From NCBI GenBank assembly GCA_963829525.1, contig CAWHIJ010000003.1:256001-320000 (forward strand): DNA of 64,000 nt. The letters run 5' to 3'. The notes under the pieces were generated by a model. That model was not told the origin of the DNA. It worked only from the letters and a program-made list of their open reading frames with translations, and did not search any database. Source of the stretch: an uncultured Actinomycetota bacterium (lineage in GTDB: Bacteria; Actinomycetota; Actinomycetes; JAHEKZ01). The position numbers and the translations under genes are program-made. Of the stretch, positions 1 through 9,358 are shown one piece after another; positions within the stretch are counted from its first letter, which is position 1, and every line of letters begins with the position of its first letter.

Positions 1-204
1 CTGGCCGCCGATCAGTACGCCGCAAGCGAAGGTGCGACGCTCGTGAAGAAGTCCTTCACTGTCTCCGACGAGGCCACTTCCTTCAAGCTCAAGAGGACTG
101 CTCCGACACTCCTGCTCTTCCGCCTCGACGCGACGGCGCATTGGGCCGAGGTCACCACCACCATCTACGCCGAACCGTTCGTCCAAAGCGGCTCAACACC
201 GTGA
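1..204 (+). CDS. Partial CDS (3' end), hypothetical protein
   Basis: Frame 1 is open from the window start to TGA at 202-204. The stop overlaps the GTG start of the next gene (GTGA coupling). Confidence 0.6.
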   Translation: MAADQYAASEGATLVKKSFTVSDEATSFKLKRTAPTLLLFRLDATAHWAEVTTTIYAEPFVQSGSTP

Positions 205-1286
205 GGCTGCGCACCGGCGCCACAGTCGGCGCGGCCCTCGCTCTCAGCCTCCTGTTTCCAGTTGGTCACGTTCAGGCAGCACCCGGCCCGGCGCACATCG
301 TCGACGTTCGCACCGCACCCGACGTCGACTCATTACGAGCACGGGCCGAGGCGCTGCGTGTGCAACTGACCGACCTACGCGATCGAGCGGACTGGACCGA
401 GGAGCGACTCGCCTACGCCCGTGACCAGCTAGCCGCCGCGACATCAACCGCAGTCACCGCAGACCAACAGCTCGCGACCCTCCAAGGAGCCAACAGCGCT
501 GCCCAGATCGACATCGCCCACCGAGTGCGAGCGATCGAGCAGTCCGGAGGGGCGGCCGCACTCTTCAGCCAGGCCCTCAACGCGGACGCCCTCACCGACG
601 TCGCAAGCAATGTTGCCGCTCTCGACGGCGTTCTCACCACCGACCTAGTTCGGGCAGACGACGCAGAGTCGGCCAGCTCCCAAATGGCGAACGTGCACGC
701 CAGGCTCGACGAGATCTCCGACGAACGCGCCCTGCTCGCTCAGCGAGCACGCGTACTGGCCGAGCAGGCCCGACGACTGGTCACCCAACAGCGAGCTCTC
801 GTCGATGCCGCGGACTCGCGGGTGGCCCATCTCGCAGCAGTGATGGAGCGGCGCGCCGAACGGAGCCTGCAAGCAGCCGTCGTCCCATGGAGCGGCGAGG
901 TCCCCGCGGGGCCAACCTCATACGCGGGTCCAGCCATCGCTGCTGCGCTCAGCAAACTCGGCTCCCCTTATGTCTGGGGAGACGAGGGCCCGTCTACGTT
1001 CGACTGCAGCGGGTTGATGCAGTGGTCCTATCTTCAGGCGGGCCTGGTCCTGCCGCGGGTTTCCAGCGATCAGTACTTCGCCGGCACCCCCGTCCCGACC
1101 GACCAGATGCAACCGGGCGACCTGATTGTCTACGCCTACGACACCTCTGACCCGGCGACGATTCATCACATCACGATGTACATCGGCAACGGTCAGATGG
1201 TGCATGCGCCCCGCACCGGCGAAGTCGTGCAGGTTGTCCCCGTGTACTACGAAGGTCTGTACGGCGTCGCACGTCCTGGCCTCTGA
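201..1286 (+). CDS. Secreted NlpC/P60 (C40) peptidoglycan endopeptidase with coiled-coil N-terminus
   Basis: Signal peptide, long Ala/Leu coiled coil, then PYVWG..GP..FDCSGL, HHITMYIG and MVHAP motifs. Start moved to GTG 201. Confidence 0.9.
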   Translation: MRLRTGATVGAALALSLLFPVGHVQAAPGPAHIVDVRTAPDVDSLRARAEALRVQLTDLRDRADWTEERLAYARDQLAAATSTAVTADQQLATLQGANSAAQIDIAHRVRAIEQSGGAAALFSQALNADALTDVASNVAALDGVLTTDLVRADDAESASSQMANVHARLDEISDERALLAQRARVLAEQARRLVTQQRALVDAADSRVAHLAAVMERRAERSLQAAVVPWSGEVPAGPTSYAGPAIAAALSKLGSPYVWGDEGPSTFDCSGLMQWSYLQAGLVLPRVSSDQYFAGTPVPTDQMQPGDLIVYAYDTSDPATIHHITMYIGNGQMVHAPRTGEVVQVVPVYYEGLYGVARPGL

Positions 1287-1317
1287 GACGCCGCGGCCAG
1301 GCAGTAGTTTCATCGAG

Positions 1318-2736
1318 ATGGAACGTCTCTCCGGCCGTTACGACCTCGACTCCGAGGTGGCTCGAGGGCGTGGGCGCACTCTCTGGCAAGGGCGCGACAT
1401 CGTCTTGGACCGTCAGGTCGGTGTTCTCCTGCTCGACGCGGGGCATCCACACGGCGAGGCGGTGCGCCGCGCCGCACAGCTGGCCTCCTCCGTCGAACAC
1501 CCCGGGCTGCTGCGTGTCATCGATACCGCTGAGGACAACGGACGCGTCTTCGTGGTGACCCGATGGCTCGCCGGTTCACCGCTCAGCGAGCAGTTGGCCA
1601 TCGCGCCATTGGGCGCCGAAGAGGCTCGAGCCGTGGTCGCCTCCGTCGCCGAGGCTCTCGCCGCAGCAGCCGAAGAGAACGTCCACCACCTGGTCCTCGA
1701 CCCGCGAGACGTTCTCCTGACCGACCACGGGGTCGTCGTCGTCGGAATCGGTGTTCGCGCTGCGCTCGAGGGCGTCGCCGCCGACGACGATGCCGAGCAG
1801 GTCGACGCCTGGCGCATCGGCGCGCTGCTGTATGCAGCGCTCACGGCCAGGTGGCCGGGGTACTCGTGCGCCGGCCTACCGGGTGCTCCCGTCGTCGGCG
1901 GTCGGGTCGCCCGTCCTCGCCAAGTTCGGGCGGGGGTGCCCAGCGACCTCGACGACGTGGCGTGGCGATCGCTGCATCTGGACGTCTCCGAGCCTCTCGA
2001 CTCGCCGGCATCCATCGCCGCTGCGCTGCACGAGGTGGCCCAACCGGAGTCAACTGTGCCCGACCCCGAACGGATGTCGTCAGCGGTGTGGCGCTGGCTT
2101 GGTCTGCTTCTGGTCCTCGCCCTCTTCTCCGTTGGGGCCGTTCTCGTCGCCTGGCAGTTCTGGCAGAGCGCCGGTCGAACTGAGGAGCCGGCGGGATCGA
2201 CCGACGTCTCGCCGCGTCCGGTGTCGCCGACCACGACCGCACCTTCTGATGGCGAGAGCGGGCCCCTACCCATTCGCCGTGCCTCAGCCTTCGACCCGGC
2301 TGGAGACGACAGCGAGAACGACGCTGACACCTCACTGGCTATCGACGGTGATCTGGCGACCGAGTGGACGACGGTCAGCTACGCCAGTCGAAACCTTGGC
2401 GGCCTCAAGCCAGGAGTGGGTCTTGAGCTCTCGCTCGGGAAGGAGCAGCCGGTCATCGGGGTCGAGCTCCGGCTCGTCGGGCGAGGGAGTGACCTTCAGG
2501 TGTGGGTTGCGCGCCCCACCACCGACCCGAAGGGCGCACCTCCCGCAGTTCCCGACCCGGCCGATCCCCTCGCCGGATACCGCAAGCTGGCAAGCGTGCG
2601 CGGAGCCAGCGACCTGGTCAGCCTCCGCTTCGCCCCCCCGGTCGACACTGACCGGGTACTCATCTGGTTCACCGCCCTCCCTGCTGCAGAGGACGGATAT
2701 CGGGGCGGTGTCGTCGAGGCGTCGGTCCTGTCCTGA
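1318..2736 (+). CDS. Membrane pseudokinase (MurJ/MviN kinase-homology-like domain) with extracellular C-terminal domain
   Basis: Kinase-fold start (RYDL..EVARG, D.VLDRQV) but VAIK Lys, HRD and DFG are degenerate. It has RPRQVRAGVP, one TM helix, and sits at the typical position before sigM. ATG 1318 follows TAGTTT. Confidence 0.8.
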   Translation: MERLSGRYDLDSEVARGRGRTLWQGRDIVLDRQVGVLLLDAGHPHGEAVRRAAQLASSVEHPGLLRVIDTAEDNGRVFVVTRWLAGSPLSEQLAIAPLGAEEARAVVASVAEALAAAAEENVHHLVLDPRDVLLTDHGVVVVGIGVRAALEGVAADDDAEQVDAWRIGALLYAALTARWPGYSCAGLPGAPVVGGRVARPRQVRAGVPSDLDDVAWRSLHLDVSEPLDSPASIAAALHEVAQPESTVPDPERMSSAVWRWLGLLLVLALFSVGAVLVAWQFWQSAGRTEEPAGSTDVSPRPVSPTTTAPSDGESGPLPIRRASAFDPAGDDSENDADTSLAIDGDLATEWTTVSYASRNLGGLKPGVGLELSLGKEQPVIGVELRLVGRGSDLQVWVARPTTDPKGAPPAVPDPADPLAGYRKLASVRGASDLVSLRFAPPVDTDRVLIWFTALPAAEDGYRGGVVEASVLS

Positions 2737-2800
2737 CTCCAGGCCATCCCCTTCGGCACGGCAGTTACGCGTCACGGGCGTGGATCAATACGCTTCCCCC

Positions 2801-3454
2801 GTGACTGTGGAAGACCTGCGACCGGACGCCGAGCTGCTGTCGGCGCACGTCGCCGGCGACCCATCGGCGTTCGCGACCCTGGTCCACCGCCACCGTGACC
2901 GGCTCTGGGCGGTCGCCATCCGCACCACTGGCGACCCCGAGGAGGCCGCTGACGCACTCCAGGACGCACTCCTGAAGGCGCACCGCTCCGCTGCCACGTT
3001 CCGTGGCGACGCGCAGGTCACCACCTGGCTGCACCGGATCGTGGTCAACGCGTCCCTCGACCGTCTGCGGCGGGCCAAGGCCCGGCCAACAGTGCCGCTC
3101 CCAGAACACGACAGCGCCCACCCGATCGAGCCAAGCGACCCCCTTCGGCGACGCGAGCTGGCCTGGGAGATCGACCGTGCCCTTCGCACGCTCCCAGACG
3201 ACCAGCGGGCGGCACTGGTTCTCGTCGACGTCGAGGGCTACTCGGTCGAGGAGACCGCCGAGCTGCTGGGCATCCCCGCAGGCACGGTGAAGAGCAGGTG
3301 CTCACGCGGGAGGGCCAAGCTGGTCCCCCTGCTCACGCATCTGCGGAACCGACCGGAGGCGGACGGCGTCCCACTGTCAGATGATCGCAGCACGCACCCT
3401 GATGACCACCCCGGACAACAGACCGACCCCCGTCCAAACGGAGACCAGCCATGA
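2801..3454 (+). CDS. sigM: ECF RNA polymerase sigma factor SigM
   Basis: DAELLSAHVAGD..AF..LV.RHRDRLWAVA, DAQVTTWLHRIVVNASLD and GTVKSRCSRGR motifs; located upstream of trxB. Confidence 0.9.
   Translation: MTVEDLRPDAELLSAHVAGDPSAFATLVHRHRDRLWAVAIRTTGDPEEAADALQDALLKAHRSAATFRGDAQVTTWLHRIVVNASLDRLRRAKARPTVPLPEHDSAHPIEPSDPLRRRELAWEIDRALRTLPDDQRAALVLVDVEGYSVEETAELLGIPAGTVKSRCSRGRAKLVPLLTHLRNRPEADGVPLSDDRSTHPDDHPGQQTDPRPNGDQP
3345..3371 (+). promoter_or_regulatory. Candidate SigM-type promoter inside the sigM 3' end, driving the anti-sigma gene
   Basis: GGAAC-N17-CGTCC, about 80 nt upstream of the anti-sigma start. Confidence 0.55.
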
Positions 3455-4356
3455 GTCAGCACCACGACCCGGTGCACCCGGACTCCGATCACCTGACCGC
3501 CGAGGTCTTGGCCGATCTTGAGCTCGGGCTCCTCGACGACGAGTCTCGCGCGCATGCCGAGCTTCACCTGGCCCACTGTGCCAACTGCACCGCGCTTGGC
3601 CACGACCTCGCTGCTCTGACCGAGGCAATGGCCGACCTTCCCGTCGAACCGATGCCCGATGCCGTCTGGGATGAGCTGGCCGCAGTCCTTGCTGCCGAGC
3701 CGGTGGTCACCCCAGCCGGTGCCGCCACCGTTGTCTCGCTCGAGGCTGGCAGGAAGGGGCGGTGGAGCCGGCCCGGAATCGGCGTGGTCGCCGGCGCTGC
3801 CGGCGTTGCACTCGCCGGCGCCATCATCGTCCCCTGGGTGCTGGGCAGCGGCAGCGACTCAGCTGACTCGGGCGGGCCAGTTGCAGCAGAGGACAGCGTC
3901 ACCGACGTGTCGATGGCGGCGTACGCTGCCACCCGGTCCGGCACCAAGTACGAGGCCGAAGCCCTCGACTCCCAGGTCACCTCGCTCGTGGCCGCTCGCG
4001 CAACCTTCTCCCCGACAGCAGCTGCCACCGAGTCTGTCCAATCGACGTCACCAAGCCCTTCGGCCAGCGGCGAGCTCCCCAGCGGCGACCCAACCGACGG
4101 TCTGACAAGGGACGGCGACAGCGCAGTTGCACCGATGGCCACCGATCCCGCCGCGGCCCAAGCCTGCCTCGAGGGCTACCTCGACCTGGGCGGAGTCGAG
4201 CCACTGGCGATCGACATCGGCAGGTGGCAGGGCGAACCGGCCGCGATCATCGTCCTTCCCGGTCCGGAGCCGACCCTGGCCGACGTCTGGGTCATCGATC
4301 CCGACTGTTCGGGCCCGGGGGACCCGCTTTTGTACTTCGCCACCGTTGCTCGCTGA
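3451..4356 (+). CDS. Zinc-binding membrane anti-sigma factor (RsmA-like)
   Basis: HLAHCANC (HxxxCxxC) motif, TM helix, extracellular domain with two Cys; ATGA overlap with sigM. Confidence 0.8.
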   Translation: MSQHHDPVHPDSDHLTAEVLADLELGLLDDESRAHAELHLAHCANCTALGHDLAALTEAMADLPVEPMPDAVWDELAAVLAAEPVVTPAGAATVVSLEAGRKGRWSRPGIGVVAGAAGVALAGAIIVPWVLGSGSDSADSGGPVAAEDSVTDVSMAAYAATRSGTKYEAEALDSQVTSLVAARATFSPTAAATESVQSTSPSPSASGELPSGDPTDGLTRDGDSAVAPMATDPAAAQACLEGYLDLGGVEPLAIDIGRWQGEPAAIIVLPGPEPTLADVWVIDPDCSGPGDPLLYFATVAR

Positions 4357-4375
4357 GCGCCGGCCCCTCAGGGCC

Positions 4376-4403
4376 GGGAATGCGAGCGGCCCTAGACTCA
4401 GTT
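4376..4403 (+). promoter_or_regulatory. Candidate SigR/SigH-type thiol-stress promoter for trxBA
   Basis: GGGAAT-N19-GTT upstream of trxB. Confidence 0.55.
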
Positions 4404-4464
4404 ATGTCGATCGGGCGCGAGTCTCAAGCGCCGGCCTGAACATTGCGTCCAAGGGAGTACCACG

Positions 4465-5430
4465 GTGAGCGAGATCCGCGACGTCATCATCATCGGATCG
4501 GGCCCTGCTGGCTTCACCGCCGCGGTCTACACCGCACGCGCCAACTTGGCTCCCCTGATGTTCGAGGGTTCGGTGACCGCCGGTGGCGCACTGATGAACA
4601 CCACCGAGGTCGAGAACTACCCAGGCTTCGCTGAAGGCATCATGGGGCCGGCACTCATGGAGCAGATGCGTCAGCAGGCCATCCGCTTCGGAGCAGAGAT
4701 CGTCAGTGACGACGTCGTGTCGGTCGAACTCAGCGGTGACATCAAGCAGGTCACCGTGGGATCAGGTGCCACTCATCAGGCCAAGTCGGTCATCTTGGCA
4801 ATGGGCTCCGGTTATCGCGAGCTCGGCCTTGCGAATGAGAAGAGGTTGTCCGGTCGGGGCGTCTCCTGGTGCGCGACGTGCGACGGCTTCTTCTTCCGCG
4901 GTCAGCAGATCGCCGTCATCGGTGGCGGTGACTCCGCCATCGAGGAGGCGACCTTCCTCACCAAGTTCGCTGACTCAGTCACTGTCGTGCACCGACGCGA
5001 CGAGCTGCGGGCCAGCAAGATCATGGCCGATCGCGCATTTGCCAACGACAAGATCTCCTTCGCCTGGAACAGCGAGGTCGCCGACGTTCTCGGTGACGAC
5101 AAGGTCTCCGGAGTTCGGCTACGCGACACCAACACCGGCGATGAGCGCGACATCGACGTCACCGGCCTTTTCGTGGCCATCGGCCACGATCCGCGTAGTG
5201 AACTGGTCAAGGGCCAGGTCGACCTCGACGACGAGGGCTACGTGCTCGTCCAGGAACGCACCACATTGACCAACGTCCCAGGCGTCTTCGCTTGTGGGGA
5301 CCTCGTCGACCACACGTACCGTCAGGCGATCACCGCTGCCGGTAGCGGGTGCGCCGCCGCTCTCGACGCCGAGCGTTTCCTTGCAGCGCTCGAGGACGCC
5401 CGGCGCCCGTTGCACGCTGTCACTGCCTGA
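4465..5430 (+). CDS. trxB: Thioredoxin-disulfide reductase
   Basis: [20 protein letters not shown] and [11 protein letters not shown] motifs. Confidence 0.97.
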   Translation: MSEIRDVIIIGSGPAGFTAAVYTARANLAPLMFEGSVTAGGALMNTTEVENYPGFAEGIMGPALMEQMRQQAIRFGAEIVSDDVVSVELSGDIKQVTVGSGATHQAKSVILAMGSGYRELGLANEKRLSGRGVSWCATCDGFFFRGQQIAVIGGGDSAIEEATFLTKFADSVTVVHRRDELRASKIMADRAFANDKISFAWNSEVADVLGDDKVSGVRLRDTNTGDERDIDVTGLFVAIGHDPRSELVKGQVDLDDEGYVLVQERTTLTNVPGVFACGDLVDHTYRQAITAAGSGCAAALDAERFLAALEDARRPLHAVTA

Positions 5431-5472
5431 CCACCCGCCCCACCACCCGGTACGACCCACCGAGGAGACCCC

Positions 5473-5799
5473 ATGGCCCAGTCCACCATCATCGTCACCG
5501 ACGCCAGTTTCGACGAAGACGTCATCAAGAGCGAAAAGCCGGTACTGGTCGACTACTGGGCCGAGTGGTGTGGGCCGTGCCGCATGGTCGCGCCGATCCT
5601 CGAAGAGATCGCCACCGAGCACGCCGACAAACTGACGATCGCCAAGCTGAATGTCGACGAAAACCCCAAGGCCGCAGCAATGGCCGGTGTCACGTCGATT
5701 CCAACGCTGAACGTCTACCAGGGTGGCCAGGTGGTCAAGACCATCGTCGGGGCCAAACCCAAGCAGTCGCTGCTCTCCGATCTCGCCGACTTCCTCTGA
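5473..5799 (+). CDS. trxA: Thioredoxin
   Basis: WAEWCGPC active site, SIPTL. Confidence 0.97.
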   Translation: MAQSTIIVTDASFDEDVIKSEKPVLVDYWAEWCGPCRMVAPILEEIATEHADKLTIAKLNVDENPKAAAMAGVTSIPTLNVYQGGQVVKTIVGAKPKQSLLSDLADFL

Positions 5800-5911
5800 C
5801 CGACCGCGCGGCTCGCCCAGAGCCACCCCGGCGCGCTAGGGTCTGCGCTTCGCAGGGTTACCCTGAGGGGACCCAACGTCCCGCCAGGGCCCTGAGTGCG
5901 CCGGAGGTGTC

Positions 5912-7066
5912 GTGACGCAACAGTCGTACCGGCTCGGCGACCACGGCCCAGCCGTCGCCCAGATCCGCGACCACCTCGCGCTGCTCGGCCTACTTGAGCA
6001 CGAACCGGCTGAGCGCAGCAGCGGGGAGTGGGACGCGTCGTTCGACCCAACGGTCGAGGCAGCTGTCCGCGCTTTCCAGCAACAACGAGGACTGATTGCC
6101 GACGGAGTCGTTGGGCCCTCCACCTGGCGCCGGCTAGATGGTGCCCGTTGGTCGCTTGGCGATCGCGTCCTTCGCTACGGAGCCCGCCACATGCAGCACG
6201 GTGACGACGTCGCCGCTTTGCAGAGCCGGCTGCACGACCTCGGGTTTGACCCAGGTCGAATCGATGGCATCTTCGGGCCGGACACCGAACGTGGTCTCAA
6301 AGAGCTGCAACGGAACCTTGGTATCCCCGCCGACGGCCTTTGCGGGCCAGTGACCTTTCGCTCATTCGACCAGCTCGCGCGCACCGTCGTAGGTGGCGAG
6401 CCGCACCGCATTCGAGAAGCCGAGCGCCTCCACCACCGCGGACCAGGGCTCGCTGGCAAGGTCATCGTCATCGACCCAGGTCACGGTGGTCCCGATCTGG
6501 GAGTCTGCGCCAACGACCTGACCGAGGCCGATGTCGTCGCTGATCTCGCTTCACGCATCGAGGGGCGTCTTGGGGCCGTCGGCGTGACTGCCTTCTTGAC
6601 CCGCGGAACCAGCCCCAACACGCCTACTGCAACAGAGATCGAGCGGGCGGCCTTCGCCAACGAGGTCGATGCCGACCTTGTCATCTCGCTGCACACCGAT
6701 GGCCACGACAGTCCACACGCGCAGGGTGTGGCGACCTTCTACTACGGAAGCAACGGCTCAAGTGCCACGCGCTCGGTGATCGGTGAAGCATTCGCGGACT
6801 TGGTGCAGCGAGAGATCGTGGCACGCACCGATCTGCTGGACGGCCGCAGCGACGCCAAGACCTGGGACATCCTTCAGCGCACCCGAATGCCGGCGGTACG
6901 CATCGATGTTGGGTATCTGACTCATGCCGGAGACGCCGCCCGGCTGGCTGACCCAGCACTGCGCGACACCATCGCCGGTGCCGTGCTGGTCGCCTTGCAA
7001 CAGCTCTACCAACCGACCACCGACCTGCGGCCCAATGTCGTTCGACTTCCGACCCCCGTCAGCTGA
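5912..7066 (+). CDS. cwlM: N-acetylmuramoyl-L-alanine amidase family protein with two PG-binding domains (CwlM-like)
   Basis: Two PG_binding_1 repeats (FQQQRGL.ADGVVG, DG.FG..T), Amidase_3 motifs IDPGHGG and SLHTD; syntenic after trxA. Confidence 0.88.
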   Translation: MTQQSYRLGDHGPAVAQIRDHLALLGLLEHEPAERSSGEWDASFDPTVEAAVRAFQQQRGLIADGVVGPSTWRRLDGARWSLGDRVLRYGARHMQHGDDVAALQSRLHDLGFDPGRIDGIFGPDTERGLKELQRNLGIPADGLCGPVTFRSFDQLARTVVGGEPHRIREAERLHHRGPGLAGKVIVIDPGHGGPDLGVCANDLTEADVVADLASRIEGRLGAVGVTAFLTRGTSPNTPTATEIERAAFANEVDADLVISLHTDGHDSPHAQGVATFYYGSNGSSATRSVIGEAFADLVQREIVARTDLLDGRSDAKTWDILQRTRMPAVRIDVGYLTHAGDAARLADPALRDTIAGAVLVALQQLYQPTTDLRPNVVRLPTPVS

Positions 7067-8186
7067 GGTCGGTGCCCGGCGCCACGCGATGCGCTCCCTC
7101 CGTCGCGTGCACGGCACTGACGTCCGGCAGCAGATTGCCTTTGTCTGCCAGGGCTTTCTGCAGTCCCGCAGTGATGATGGGAAGATCTGATCGCTTGGCC
7201 AGCACCACAACGCAGCCGCCCAGTCCGGCTCCGGTAAGTCGAGCGCCGATGGCACCGAGATTGAGCGCGGTGTCGACTGCGAGATCGAGTGCCGGAGTGC
7301 TCACTCCGTAGTCGTCTCGTAGCGACTCGTGCGACGCCACCAGCTGCAGCCCCACCTCCAGCAGCCGCCCGGCTCTGAGCAGGTCAACAACGTCCAGCAC
7401 GCGAGCATTCTCGCTGACGACATGACGAGCGCGCGCCCGAAGGACTGGGTCTTCGATCAGTTCAACCGTTGCCGGGTCGGACACTTCGCGGAGTGTGCTG
7501 ACACCGAGCAGGTGCGCTGCTGCCCGGCACTGCGCGACACGTTCACGATACGTGGCGCCGCCTGTCGAATGACGCTCACCGGTATCCACGATCAGCAGCT
7601 CCAGATCGTGAGCTGCAAGGTCGAGTGGTACCGCTGTCATCTCCTGGGACCTGCAGTCGATGAGCACCGCTTGATCGTTCTTCGCCACCATGACGACTGC
7701 TGGATCCATGAAACCAACGGGTGCCCCGAGGTACTCGTTCTCTACGCGTTGGGCAAACCGCGCGACGCGTAGCCGATCGACCTCGTGCCCGTGCGCCTCC
7801 AGGAGCGCAGAGAGGGTGGCGCACACGAGTGCCGCCGACGAGGCGAGCCCGGCGCCCGGAGGGAGGTCACCGCTGGCCGTGACGGTGACCCCGCTGATCT
7901 CGATGCCCTGTCTCTGCAGCAGCCAGACAGCTCCCTCGACGTAAGCCGCCCAATCACCGTGCGCAGGTGTGAGGTCAGCCAGCCGACGTTGGCGCACGGC
8001 ACCTGGGAACTGCGTGGAGCTCGTGCGAAGCGACCCCGTCTTGTCGACGGAAACCTCGACAGAGGTTCCCCTCTCGATCGCGCACGGAAGCACGAATCCG
8101 CCGGCATAGTCGGTGTGGTCCCCGATCACGGTGATCCGACCGGGTGCCCACCACCTCACCGGAGATGACGCCACCAGAGCACTCAC
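7059..8186 (-). CDS. galK: Galactokinase
   Basis: APGRITVIGDHTDY, P.GAGLASSAAL, G.MD, RARHVVSENARV and GARLTGAGLGGC motifs. Confidence 0.9.
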   Translation of the reverse strand: MSALVASSPVRWWAPGRITVIGDHTDYAGGFVLPCAIERGTSVEVSVDKTGSLRTSSTQFPGAVRQRRLADLTPAHGDWAAYVEGAVWLLQRQGIEISGVTVTASGDLPPGAGLASSAALVCATLSALLEAHGHEVDRLRVARFAQRVENEYLGAPVGFMDPAVVMVAKNDQAVLIDCRSQEMTAVPLDLAAHDLELLIVDTGERHSTGGATYRERVAQCRAAAHLLGVSTLREVSDPATVELIEDPVLRARARHVVSENARVLDVVDLLRAGRLLEVGLQLVASHESLRDDYGVSTPALDLAVDTALNLGAIGARLTGAGLGGCVVVLAKRSDLPIITAGLQKALADKGNLLPDVSAVHATEGAHRVAPGTDLS

Positions 8187-8198
8187 ACTCGCGCCGGT

Positions 8199-8348
8199 TT
8201 ATCCGGCCTCGGGGCCACCAGCCGGCGTCGGTGGCTGATAACCGGTGCTGTCGATGGGCCTCGGGCCACGGAGCAGCGAAAGCGCGAAGGCTGCCAGTGC
8301 ACCGAGACCAAATCCGACCCCCACTGCGGCCAGCGTCCGCAGCCTCAC
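8199..8348 (-). CDS. Small (49 aa) single-pass membrane protein, not in the ORF track
   Basis: GTG overlaps the parB stop (GTGA). Translates to [52 protein letters not shown] lies 12 nt before galK. Confidence 0.7.
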   Translation of the reverse strand: MRLRTLAAVGVGFGLGALAAFALSLLRGPRPIDSTGYQPPTPAGGPEAG

Positions 8349-9358
8349 GCGTCACCGCGCAGTGCCAGGGCAGCCTGGGGTGCGATGACGCCGACGATGC
8401 GCTCAAGGTCGTCGACCGACGCGAAGGTAATCGTGATCTTCCCCTTGGACCGCCCGAGATCGACGGTCACCCGGGTCTCCAACTCATCCGACAGCGCAGC
8501 CGCCAGATCGGCGAGAGCGGGATTGATCGGTTGTTTTGTCCTGTTTCGCGGTGTTTTGTCCGCCCCAACGGCGCCGACCGCAACCAGTTCCTCGACAGTG
8601 CGAACCGACAGCCCCTCGGCGACAATCCGGCCAGCGAGTCGCTCTTGGTCGGCCGGCTCATCAAGGGCGAGCAGAGCGCGGGCATGGCCAGCAGAGATCA
8701 CCCCGGCAGCGACGCGGCGTTGGACGCCAGCCGGCAACCGGAGCAGCCGCAAGGTGTTCGACACCTGCGGGCGGGAGCGTCCGATTCGGGCGGCCAGCTG
8801 TTCCTGCGTGCACCCGAAGTCACTGAGCAGCTGGCCGTAGGCCGCCGCCTCCTCCAGCGGGTTGAGCTGGGAACGGTGCAGGTTCTCCAGCAAAGCGTCC
8901 CGGAGGAGTGCGTCGTCGGCGGTGTCGCGCACGATAGCCGGGATTGTGGTGAAGCCGGCCTGCTGCGCGGCCCGCCAACGGCGTTCCCCCGCGACCAGCT
9001 CGTATCGATCGTCGCCGATCGGGCGAACCACGATCGGCTGCAGGAGGCCCACTTCGCTGAGTGAGAAGACCAGCTCTGCGAGAGACTCCTCGTCGAAGAC
9101 CTGACGCGGCTGACGCGGGTTCGGGCCGATATTCCCGACCGGGATTTCCGCGTAGTGTGCCAAACCCTGTGCGGCATCGTCAGCGGTGTGCACGATTTCG
9201 AGCTCCGGTGCGCCAGAGGACGGCGCCGATGGCGTCAGCAAGGTGTCGGCCACTACCTGCGACCCACTCCCGGACGGACCCACCGCGGTCCGAGTGCCGG
9301 GCGCGCTCGGGATCAAGGCACCCAGACCACGCCCGAGCCCACGTTTCTTGTCGGTCAT
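8345..9358 (-). CDS. parB: Chromosome partitioning protein ParB
   Basis: [38 protein letters not shown] and ENLHR motifs, plus HTH. Confidence 0.97.
   Translation of the reverse strand: MTDKKRGLGRGLGALIPSAPGTRTAVGPSGSGSQVVADTLLTPSAPSSGAPELEIVHTADDAAQGLAHYAEIPVGNIGPNPRQPRQVFDEESLAELVFSLSEVGLLQPIVVRPIGDDRYELVAGERRWRAAQQAGFTTIPAIVRDTADDALLRDALLENLHRSQLNPLEEAAAYGQLLSDFGCTQEQLAARIGRSRPQVSNTLRLLRLPAGVQRRVAAGVISAGHARALLALDEPADQERLAGRIVAEGLSVRTVEELVAVGAVGADKTPRNRTKQPINPALADLAAALSDELETRVTVDLGRSKGKITITFASVDDLERIVGVIAPQAALALRGDA

Noticed and set aside
1751-2800. 567-aa ORF suggesting a long N-terminal extension on SigM
   Set aside because: The extension overlaps the pseudokinase in another frame and is Arg/Pro-rich shadow sequence. 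A leaderless GTG at 2801 fits SigM.
5853-5865. Palindrome CAGGGTTACCCTG upstream of cwlM
   Set aside because: Short and single, with no supporting context; could be chance in GC-rich DNA.
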